Below are positions 40,195-48,564 of a stretch of DNA of 64,000 bases, piece by piece (positions within the stretch are counted from its first letter, which is position 1; each line of letters opens with the position of its first letter). The stretch is from NCBI GenBank assembly GCA_002011125.2, contig MTMF02000009.1:160001-224000 (forward strand). The letters run 5' to 3'. The DNA is from Candidatus Hydrothermarchaeum profundi. GTDB lineage: Archaea; Hydrothermarchaeota; Hydrothermarchaeia; Hydrothermarchaeales; Hydrothermarchaeaceae. The notes beneath the pieces are model-generated. The model was not told the origin of the DNA, ran no database searches, and was given only the letters and a program-made list of their open reading frames with translations. Both the position numbers and the translations under genes were made by a program.

Positions 40195-40840
40195 GAGTTA
40201 TGAAAATTTCTCCAAAAAGCTCTTTTTGCCAGATAGTGATTTTCCTTTGAGAATCGAGATAAAGTAGTGCCAGCAGGATCTCTACGATTTCCTTTTTACT
40301 ACCAACTATATCAGAAAACTTTATTACTTCGGTAATTTCGGCCAACTTTTTTATCCTTTCAAACACTCTATCTATTTTTTCCTTGATATCACCTTCGTCA
40401 ACTTGAATAACTAACTTAGGCTTCTGCCTTATGTTCCTAGGAAAGTTCTTTCTTATCATCTCCTCACTTAAAGCCCTCTGCAACGCCTCAATTAACTCAA
40501 ATAAAGTTGTTTTTCTATTTTCTCTCCTTCTTACAGGAGCCGATAAAGGTAATATCTCCCTTTCTTTTTCAGAGCATTCTAAGCTACTTGGAAATTCAAA
40601 ATAAACCTCTGCCTCTTTCTCACTTTCCTCTTCAGGAATTATTCTCTCAGACTTCATTCTCAAAAGGATTGCCGCTGCCAAAAGGGTTTTTCCAGATAGA
40701 GCAAGATTCACCCTTGCCATGCTTCTAACTTTTTCCAAGAATCTCATTGCGATATCAGCTATATCGATGTTCCATGGATCCAGCTCATCAGCTATCACCA
40801 TGTCAATAAGCAGGTCAACCGGATGAATCTCAATCTGCAA
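40184..40840 (-). CDS. scpA: Condensin kleisin ScpA
   Basis: LDPWNIDI, LLAAAILLRMKS, Q.ELFGEI; start codon uncertain. Confidence 0.92.
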   Translation of the reverse strand: MQIEIHPVDLLIDMVIADELDPWNIDIADIAMRFLEKVRSMARVNLALSGKTLLAAAILLRMKSERIIPEEESEKEAEVYFEFPSSLECSEKEREILPLSAPVRRRENRKTTLFELIEALQRALSEEMIRKNFPRNIRQKPKLVIQVDEGDIKEKIDRVFERIKKLAEITEVIKFSDIVGSKKEIVEILLALLYLDSQRKITIWQKELFGEIFITLDT

Positions 40841-43800
40841 CTTCTTCCAACTCCACTCCAACTATTTTTGATACTCCCTCTTCAATACTAACACCAAAGA
40901 GCTGAGACGCGGAAGTCATTAAGTGCTCCCTAAGTGAAACGACTATGAACTGCGCTTCCTTTGATGAATTTTTAATAAGCTCAGAGACTTTTCGTATATT
41001 ATCATCGTCTAAGAACATATCTATCTCATCTAAAATATAAAATGGTGCGGGCTGATACCTCTGGATTGCAAATATAAATGATAGTGCAGTGATGGTCTTC
41101 TCTCCACCAGACATCAGCTCGATATACTGCGGATTTTTCCCCACCGGCTTAGCCTTTATCATCAGGCCTCCCTCTAGTGGATTATCCTCATCAAGCAAGA
41201 GATCGGCTGAGCCGCCATCAGATAACTGAGAGAATATTCTTCTAAAGTTCATAGCGATATTCTCAAAGGTCTCCATAAAAATATCCTTTTTCCTCTGATC
41301 TATTTCTTCCATCAACTTTTTTATGGCCTCTATTTCTTCCTCCAACTTTTCTACTCTCGAGTATATTTTATCATATTTTTCTTTAACGACCTCGTAGTCC
41401 TCTACTGCCCGCATGTTGATAGGTTCTAGGGAGGTTAACTCATATTCCATTTTCACAACTTCTTTCTCAAGCTCCACAGTATCTATCGGGGCAAGCAATT
41501 CTATATCCAAATCCTCATAGTCTTTAAGTCCTTCATTTATTCCGTCGAGTCTTGTGAGTACACGTGCCTCCTCAATTCTAGCGAGTTCAGACTTTCTTTC
41601 AATGCCTGATCGCTCTTCTTTTAAAGCTCTAACCTTTTCTTCTATTTTCTTTAATCCAGTAACCAGCTGGTTTCGTCTCTCTTTTAAACCTTTTATTCTG
41701 TTTATCACCTTGCTTTCTTCTTTCTTAAGTTCTCTAAGAGAATTATTCAGTTCTCCTAGCCTGCCCTGAACATCCCCAAGTAGAGATTCTTTTTCTAATC
41801 TCTCGGCCTCATTTATTTGCAACTCCTCTTCTAACCGCACTATCCTCTGTCCCAATATTTCATCGATCTTAGACTTATTTAACCTGATTTGGCCCCTCTT
41901 TTCCTCCCTTGTTCTCTCCAAGCTTTGAACCTTTGCCTCTAATTTTCTGATTTCTTTTATTACTATCTCGGCTGAAGAATCTTTTAGTTCTCTTTCAATA
42001 GATTTCTTCTGTTCTTCAAGATTAACAATAGATGCTCCTAGTCTCCTTATTTCATCTTCCTCTTCCTTTAATTTTAAAGAGAATTCTTTTAAAGTTCGCA
42101 TGAGTTCATTTGCTTCAGCTTCATGAGCAGTTAGAAAGTTTAAGATATCCTTCTTCTCCTCTTCAACACTCTTTACCTTCTCTGAAAGATTCTCTAGATC
42201 TCTTCTTCCATTATCCAATGATAAAGTTAGATCTTCAATTTCTTTTCTTATCTCTCCCTCTCTCAATGTGAGTTCTCTCTTCTTATCCCCCAGTTTCTTT
42301 ATTTCATCTTGAAGTTTTTCTACTTCTCTTTTAGTAGTATCAACTTCCTCAAAGCTTATGCCGGTTGGCTTATAGAATCCGCCACTCATAACGCCTGAAG
42401 GTTCAATCAAGTCGCCATCTAGGGTTACCATTCTAACTTCCCCTAGCCCCTCCTTCCTCGCGAATTTTACATCTTTAACCACTACGGTATTCCTGAATAT
42501 ATATGCGAAAGCCTCTCGATATTTCTCATCAAACTCTACTAAATCTACTGCAAAGCCATAAGACTTTTTAGCTACTTCTAATTCTTTCCTGTTTGGCTTT
42601 TTCACTCTTATCTTGTTAAGAGGTAGAAAAGTTGCTCTTCCAATCTGGTTTTGTTTTAAATAATTTATACATTTCTCTGCTGTTTCATCGTCGTCTACAA
42701 CTATAAACGTTAATCCTCCGCCAGCCGCAACTTCTAGTGCCTTTGAATAACTTTGATTCACCCTACCTAATTCTGAGATAGTCCCATAAACCCCCTTTAT
42801 TTTGCCTTCGTCCCTTAGTCTAAGGATAGCGTCAATTGCTTTATTAAATGAGAGCCTCTTTTGAGATATTTTCTCTAAGGCTTGATATCTTGCATTTAAT
42901 TTTGCAAACTCATCCAGCTTCAATTGCAATAGGGCATTTAGTTTCTCTATCTCACTTTTTAGTTCTACGTCCTTCTCAACGAGCATTAGCTTTTTAGAAT
43001 AATTCTGTTTAATTTCTAATTCTAATTGCTCGATTTTTTTCTTAGTATTCGACAAAAATTTATCTAATTCTAGGAGTTTTTTCTTTTTAAGATGTAATTG
43101 ATCCTGTAAATCTCTTAAAATTCTATCTTTTTCAGCTTTGCGCTCAGTTAAAATAGCATAATTTTTTTCTAACTCCAAAAGCTTAGCACGTTCCTCATCT
43201 AATTTTATTCTCACTTCTTCAAGTCTTTTCCTTCGCCTCTCAGATTCTTCATCTTCAGGCGATATTCGCTTATATTGGTCTTCAATCCGGCTTCTAAGTT
43301 TTTTTATCTCCCGGCTTATCTGATTATCTTCAACTATCAGCGCCTCATTTTCCTTTTCAAAGCTAGAAACCTGCTGCTTAGCAGCTTGAATATCGCTGAG
43401 TATCCTCTCCTTTTCAGTTATTAGTTTTTTAATATCACTTTCTAGAGAATAAGCTTTATCTTGTAAATATTTTATTTCATTTTTGAGCTTTTCTAGATTT
43501 TTAAATACTGAAAATTGCTCGGTTTCTTCTTTAATTATTATCTCTTTATTTATATTCTCTAATTCCCTCTTCTTTATATCTAATTTTATAGTGAGGGTTT
43601 CTATGAATTTTTTAAGTTTTTGTGCTCTCTTTCCTAATGCTTTTAGTTCTTTTTGTAATCTGTCTCTCTCCTCCTCGGCCTCTAATTTGCGAGAATAAAG
43701 TACTGTCCCTTTTGCTAGACGTATTTCCCTCTTTAAGTATTCATGACGTAAAGCGTCTTCTTTTTCCTTCTCCAACCTCTGGAGTTGTTCTTTAACTTCG

Positions 43801-44387
43801 TTTAACACAGCTCGAGTCTTCGAAAGGTTATTAGAGGTTTTCTCCAACTCTCGTAAGGCTTTTGACTTCTTTACATCATACTCGGCTATACCTGCTATCT
43901 CGTCAATAATCGCCCTCCTCTCAAGGGGACTCATCTCAATAATCCGCGTAATATCTCCTTGAAGAATTATGTTATGCCCATCCGGTTGTATCTTTGCTGC
44001 AGAGAGGATTTCAAGTATCTCCGACCTAGTGGTTCTTTTTCCATTTAGCTTATATATGCTATTTCCGGATGCATCCACAGATCTGTATATTTTTATTTCT
44101 TTCGGCTGAGAGGGTATTTCCATACCTGAATTATCCAGATATAGTGTAACTTCCGCCTTATCTGCAGGTTTACCTTTCTTCCCTCCATTAAAAATAAGGT
44201 CTGAAAATCTCTCGGCTCTAAGACTCTTAGCTGAACTTCTTCCTAATACGAAACATATCGCATCAATAATATTGGACTTCCCGGAACCATTCGGTCCAAC
44301 TATCGCAGTAAAACCGTCAGGAATAGGGATTGAGATTCTTTTAAAGGATTTAAAATTTCTCAAGCTTAATCTTGATATCTTAATCAT
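40830..44387 (-). CDS. smc: Chromosome segregation protein SMC
   Basis: NFKSF, GPNGSGKSN, hinge GVYGTISELG / GRATFLPL, MSGGEK, ILDEID. Confidence 0.98.
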   Translation of the reverse strand: MIKISRLSLRNFKSFKRISIPIPDGFTAIVGPNGSGKSNIIDAICFVLGRSSAKSLRAERFSDLIFNGGKKGKPADKAEVTLYLDNSGMEIPSQPKEIKIYRSVDASGNSIYKLNGKRTTRSEILEILSAAKIQPDGHNIILQGDITRIIEMSPLERRAIIDEIAGIAEYDVKKSKALRELEKTSNNLSKTRAVLNEVKEQLQRLEKEKEDALRHEYLKREIRLAKGTVLYSRKLEAEEERDRLQKELKALGKRAQKLKKFIETLTIKLDIKKRELENINKEIIIKEETEQFSVFKNLEKLKNEIKYLQDKAYSLESDIKKLITEKERILSDIQAAKQQVSSFEKENEALIVEDNQISREIKKLRSRIEDQYKRISPEDEESERRRKRLEEVRIKLDEERAKLLELEKNYAILTERKAEKDRILRDLQDQLHLKKKKLLELDKFLSNTKKKIEQLELEIKQNYSKKLMLVEKDVELKSEIEKLNALLQLKLDEFAKLNARYQALEKISQKRLSFNKAIDAILRLRDEGKIKGVYGTISELGRVNQSYSKALEVAAGGGLTFIVVDDDETAEKCINYLKQNQIGRATFLPLNKIRVKKPNRKELEVAKKSYGFAVDLVEFDEKYREAFAYIFRNTVVVKDVKFARKEGLGEVRMVTLDGDLIEPSGVMSGGFYKPTGISFEEVDTTKREVEKLQDEIKKLGDKKRELTLREGEIRKEIEDLTLSLDNGRRDLENLSEKVKSVEEEKKDILNFLTAHEAEANELMRTLKEFSLKLKEEEDEIRRLGASIVNLEEQKKSIERELKDSSAEIVIKEIRKLEAKVQSLERTREEKRGQIRLNKSKIDEILGQRIVRLEEELQINEAERLEKESLLGDVQGRLGELNNSLRELKKEESKVINRIKGLKERRNQLVTGLKKIEEKVRALKEERSGIERKSELARIEEARVLTRLDGINEGLKDYEDLDIELLAPIDTVELEKEVVKMEYELTSLEPINMRAVEDYEVVKEKYDKIYSRVEKLEEEIEAIKKLMEEIDQRKKDIFMETFENIAMNFRRIFSQLSDGGSADLLLDEDNPLEGGLMIKAKPVGKNPQYIELMSGGEKTITALSFIFAIQRYQPAPFYILDEIDMFLDDDNIRKVSELIKNSSKEAQFIVVSLREHLMTSASQLFGVSIEEGVSKIVGVELEEVAD

Positions 44388-44562
44388 TAGATTCCCCTTT
44401 TCTTATAATTATAATCTGCCTAGAAGGGTCAACCTCGATTTCTATTATATCATCCTTCTTGAAAGGATATTGGGAATCCCTTACAATAGCTGATGGAATT
44501 GTCACATACTGAGTATATGATTTTACACTTTGAATTATACGGCTTTTTTCTTTTAAAACCAT
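44380..44562 (-). CDS. AbrB/MazE/SpoVT-fold small DNA-binding protein
   Basis: TQYVTIPSAIVRDSQYPFKKDDIIEIEVD...IIIRK swapped-hairpin pattern; overlaps the smc start. Confidence 0.8.
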   Translation of the reverse strand: MVLKEKSRIIQSVKSYTQYVTIPSAIVRDSQYPFKKDDIIEIEVDPSRQIIIIRKGESND

Positions 44563-44571
44563 GTTTTTTCA

Positions 44572-44593
44572 ATGTGAAAGTCACATATATATA
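44572..44593 (-). promoter_or_regulatory. TATA box with an adjacent palindromic operator for the abrB-smc-scpAB operon
   Basis: ATGTGA-AAG-TCACAT (44572-44586) lies between TATATATA (44586-44593) and the ATG at 44562. Confidence 0.55.
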
Positions 44594-44621
44594 CCTTTCT
44601 AGCTCTGAGGATTATTTATAT

Positions 44622-45644
44622 TCAGCGTTTTATCAACAAAAGTAAGTAATACAGTTTTTCGCCGCTATGCCCTTTAAGTAGTTCGATATTAAAGCCCAGC
44701 TTCTCCGCATTCTTTTTAAATTCCCGCAGGTTTATCATTTTTATCTCCAATTCCTCAACCCAAGTATACGAAAATTTAACAGGAAATTTCTCTAACAGTT
44801 CATTATAGAGTGTGACTAATGCTTTTCCTCCCCTTGCTAGCACCCTCGAAATCTCTCTCAAAACTTCTCTAAAATTAGTGGAAATATGATTAAATCCAAA
44901 AAAGCATGTTACATATTCGACGGAGCCATCGTAGATTTCGAATTCTTTACGATGTGATAGATCATAGCATCTATTCATACTTCCGGCATTACCCTGTAGA
45001 AAGGTTATCTTACCTATGTCAGCACCCTGAGACTCCCAAAATAACTGAGCAAAATCTTTGTATATCTGAAATTCCGCCCTATTTTCCCTGAGGAATTCTT
45101 TGGCTTCTGGCCAATCTGGAAAAAGCTCAATATTAGTTCCCTCTATCCAGACCTTACCATCTCTATCGAAAAAAATTTTCTTAGTATACGAGTTATCTAA
45201 TGCAAGCACTCTACCTCTCTTTGAAAATAGTGGAGGGATCCAGCCGAAACCAGATGCAATATCTAAAATCTCTGCAGAATCTATATAATTAACAAATTCC
45301 TTTGCATATTTATAGTTTACATCGGGCTCAACTGCTATCTCCTCCCCAAAGAGAGACAATGAAACATCATTTCTAAAAGATTCTATCGAGGCATCGCCGG
45401 TTTTAATCCTTTTTAATTCTTCAAAAGATGACACAGGTATTGCATATCCTTCCTCCCAATATTCCATAATTCTCCTGAAATACCTCTTATCTTCTTCTAA
45501 TATTTCATCTAAAGGTGCAATAGAAACCGCTAATAACAGATCCTCTAAGATAGCGTCTTTGTCTTCCAGATAAGACTTTAGGACACGTAGAGATTTCTCA
45601 TTTAACAAAATAAACTCATCATGAAGTCCAAAAATCATAATCAC
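44622..45644 (-). CDS. Class I SAM-dependent methyltransferase with extra insertions
   Basis: ILDIASGFG motif I, ALD, VLREISRVLARGG. Confidence 0.8.
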   Translation of the reverse strand: MIMIFGLHDEFILLNEKSLRVLKSYLEDKDAILEDLLLAVSIAPLDEILEEDKRYFRRIMEYWEEGYAIPVSSFEELKRIKTGDASIESFRNDVSLSLFGEEIAVEPDVNYKYAKEFVNYIDSAEILDIASGFGWIPPLFSKRGRVLALDNSYTKKIFFDRDGKVWIEGTNIELFPDWPEAKEFLRENRAEFQIYKDFAQLFWESQGADIGKITFLQGNAGSMNRCYDLSHRKEFEIYDGSVEYVTCFFGFNHISTNFREVLREISRVLARGGKALVTLYNELLEKFPVKFSYTWVEELEIKMINLREFKKNAEKLGFNIELLKGHSGEKLYYLLLLIKR

Positions 45645-46540
45645 GGCTCAGCCATTAAATGAGTGTACCCCTCAACTAATCCCTTAGCAAATCCATAACC
45701 TATATTCATAAATGCACTTCCGATAAACTCCTCCAATATGCCGCTCTTCCTATACGTGACTACTTTTGGTTCTCCTTTTATCCCCCCCATACGAGAAGCT
45801 ATCTCTATGGCTTTTTCTCTATCCCCAATTTCATCTACGAGACCTAACTCGGCTGCTTTAACTCCGGAATAAACTTTTCCCTCAGCTATAGATCTAGCAT
45901 ATTCTATAGAAAAATTTCTGTTACTAGCAATCTTCCATAGGAACTGATCATATATTTCAGAAACAACTTCCTCCATCATTTCTATTTCCTCATCTCTCAT
46001 AGGCCTATATCCAGTTGAAAAATCCTTAAATTCTCCTCCTTTTATAATCGTGAAATTAACCCCGATCTTGTCTAGTAGCTCAGAAAACTGGGGAAACACC
46101 GATATAACCCCAATACTACCAGTGATACTCGCTTTGTCAGCTACAATATAATCTGCAGAAGATGCTACATAATACGCTCCAGAAGTAGCCACCTCACTAA
46201 GCCACGCCACTGTAGGTTTTGATGTTCTTTCAAGCGCAGTAGCTATTTCTTCAGATGCAACTACAGAACCTCCTGGAGAGTTTATATCTATAACAATAGC
46301 TTTCACTGAGTCATCATTCTCTGCCTTTTTAAGTTGCTCCTTAAATTTAGCGGGGGTTACCCTAGACTCCGCAAAAAAACCCGTATCCTGAGAATAAGAG
46401 ATAGTTCCATAGAGAGGTATTACAGCCACCTTTTCTCCAAAGGCAACTCCCTCATGCTTTGAAAGTAGGTAGGCTCCTATAACCGATATACTAAATGTAA
46501 GAAATATAAGGACTAAGATGAATATTAAAACCCTTCTCAT
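45641..46540 (-). CDS. sppA: Signal peptide peptidase SppA
   Basis: INSPGGS, ATSGAYY, TGSIGV, K.G.FKD. Confidence 0.95.
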   Translation of the reverse strand: MRRVLIFILVLIFLTFSISVIGAYLLSKHEGVAFGEKVAVIPLYGTISYSQDTGFFAESRVTPAKFKEQLKKAENDDSVKAIVIDINSPGGSVVASEEIATALERTSKPTVAWLSEVATSGAYYVASSADYIVADKASITGSIGVISVFPQFSELLDKIGVNFTIIKGGEFKDFSTGYRPMRDEEIEMMEEVVSEIYDQFLWKIASNRNFSIEYARSIAEGKVYSGVKAAELGLVDEIGDREKAIEIASRMGGIKGEPKVVTYRKSGILEEFIGSAFMNIGYGFAKGLVEGYTHLMAEP

Positions 46541-46595
46541 ATCTCAAAAAATATAAATACAAATACATTTAAGTCTTTCTCACGGAGGTCGAAAC

Positions 46596-46817
46596 TTGGG
46601 AAGAGTAAGACAGACATTCATAAAAAGAACTGCGCTCGAGATAATCGAGAGACATCGCGATATTTTATCGCTAGACTTTAAAGAAAATCGAGAAGCAATT
46701 GAAAAAGTATTAAACATCGAAAGCAAAATAATAAAAAATAAGATAGCGGGCTATGTTACTCACCTATTAAAGGCTAAAAAAGCACTCGGACAAGAAAAAA
46801 GCCCAATTATTTCATGA
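46596..46817 (+). CDS. rps17e: 30S ribosomal protein S17e
   Basis: MGRVRQTFIKR...DF.EN...SK.IKNKIAGYVT. Confidence 0.93.
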   Translation: MGRVRQTFIKRTALEIIERHRDILSLDFKENREAIEKVLNIESKIIKNKIAGYVTHLLKAKKALGQEKSPIIS

Positions 46818-46842
46818 AAATCTTAAGAATGGGGAGATTAAA

Positions 46843-47730
46843 ATGGGCAAGTTTGAAGGTTGCTTTACTGCAATAGTAACCCCATTCAAGGGGACAGGGA
46901 TAAGAACACCGATAGATTGGGAGGGTTTCAAGAAACTATTGGAGTTTCAAAAGGAAAATGGAGTAGATGGCATAGTTGCGACTGGTACAACAGGAGAATC
47001 TCCAACATTATCCCATGAAGAACATAATGCGGTTATAGAAACGGCCGTAGAGAATTTTAAGGGAATCGTAATCGCAGGAACTGGATCAAATAGCACCTGG
47101 GAAGCTATAGAGATGACAAAGCATGCAGCAGATGTGGGAGCTACCGCATCCTTACAGGTAGTTCCATACTACAATAAACCTAGTCAAGAGGGACTTTTCA
47201 AACATTTTGGAGCTATAGCAGAGGAAGTAGATATCCCCCATATACTCTATAATGTCCCAGGAAGGACAAGTAAAGAAATAACTCCTGAAACTATGGCACG
47301 TCTTGCTGAAGAATATTCCAATATTATTGGGGTAAAAGAAGCATCTGGAAAAGAGGAAGTATGGAAAGGTATTCGTAAGCTGTGTGATGATGATTTCGTA
47401 ATATTATCAGGCAATGATGGAGACACCCTGAAGCTCATGCGAGATTACAGTGCTACAGGAGTCGTATCCGTTGCTTCAAATGTAATACCAAAAAGAATGT
47501 CAGATTTCGTTAAAATGGGGTTAGAAAAAGAATTCTCTTCTATGGAAAAAGAAAACGAGGTATTAAAAGAATTCTTCTCTGTGCTATTTATAGATTCTAA
47601 TCCTATTCCCGTAAAGGAGGCTATGAACATCCTCGGCCTACCGGCAGGGGGATATAGACTTCCATTATGCAAGACTACTACTGAGAATAAGAACAAGATA
47701 AACTCGGTTTTACAAAAGGTAATTCAATGA
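46843..47730 (+). CDS. dapA: 4-hydroxy-tetrahydrodipicolinate synthase
   Basis: GTTGESPTL, PYYNKP, LYNVPGRT, GVKEASG, NPIPVK. Confidence 0.97.
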   Translation: MGKFEGCFTAIVTPFKGTGIRTPIDWEGFKKLLEFQKENGVDGIVATGTTGESPTLSHEEHNAVIETAVENFKGIVIAGTGSNSTWEAIEMTKHAADVGATASLQVVPYYNKPSQEGLFKHFGAIAEEVDIPHILYNVPGRTSKEITPETMARLAEEYSNIIGVKEASGKEEVWKGIRKLCDDDFVILSGNDGDTLKLMRDYSATGVVSVASNVIPKRMSDFVKMGLEKEFSSMEKENEVLKEFFSVLFIDSNPIPVKEAMNILGLPAGGYRLPLCKTTTENKNKINSVLQKVIQ

Positions 47731-48554
47731 TAAAAGTTGCTATCACGGGAGCCCTAGGGAGGATGGGCAGTAGTATAATAAAGACAGTATTAAGCCAAGA
47801 GGACATGGAGCTAGTAGCTGCCATTGAAGCCCCAGGAAATCCCAAAAAAGGAGAAGACATCGGAGAAATACTGGGTATAGGAAGAATGAATGTAAAGCTT
47901 TCAACAGCTGAACAACTTAAAGAAACCTTAAGATCTTCTATTCCTGACGTGCTTGTTGACTTTACAATCGCAGACGCAGCCGTAGAAACAGCTAAGATTT
48001 CTGCAAGGGAAGGTATAAACCTCGTAATAGGTACGACAGGATTTAGTAAGGAGCAGTTAAATGAGATAGAAGACGCAGTAAGAAAAAATAGCGTTTCTGC
48101 GGTAATATCCCCAAATATGGCCACAGGTGTTAACGTTTTTTTTAAAATTGCCCAACAAATGTCAAAAATCCTTGGGGACAGCTTTGACGTAGAGATAATT
48201 GAAGCTCATCATAAGCATAAGAAGGATGCCCCATCAGGCACCGCTATTAGAGTTGGAGAACTTATTGCTGAGGCTACTGGAAGAAATCTAGAAGAAGTAG
48301 GAGTATTCGGAAGAGGAAGGGGGATCATAGGAGAGAGAGGAAAAGAAATAGCATTTCACTCTTTAAGAGGAGGGGACATAGTAGGGGATCACACTGTTCT
48401 TTTTGCGGGAGCTGGTGAGAGACTAGAGTTAACTCACAGAGCACATAGCAGGCAGGCTTTTGTAAATGGAGCTATAAAAGCCATAAGATTTGTATATGAG
48501 AATAAGGGTCAGGGGAAAGTTTTTTCAACCTGGGATGTGTTAGGCATCAAATAG
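47727..48554 (+). CDS. dapB: 4-hydroxy-tetrahydrodipicolinate reductase
   Basis: GALGRMG, IGTTG, EAHHKHKKDAPSGTA. Confidence 0.97.
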   Translation: MIKVAITGALGRMGSSIIKTVLSQEDMELVAAIEAPGNPKKGEDIGEILGIGRMNVKLSTAEQLKETLRSSIPDVLVDFTIADAAVETAKISAREGINLVIGTTGFSKEQLNEIEDAVRKNSVSAVISPNMATGVNVFFKIAQQMSKILGDSFDVEIIEAHHKHKKDAPSGTAIRVGELIAEATGRNLEEVGVFGRGRGIIGERGKEIAFHSLRGGDIVGDHTVLFAGAGERLELTHRAHSRQAFVNGAIKAIRFVYENKGQGKVFSTWDVLGIK

Positions 48555-48564
48555 GGGGGAGGGT

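Noticed and set aside
41400-43900. Low-complexity E/K/L-rich periodicity in smc
   Set aside because: Ordinary coiled-coil arms
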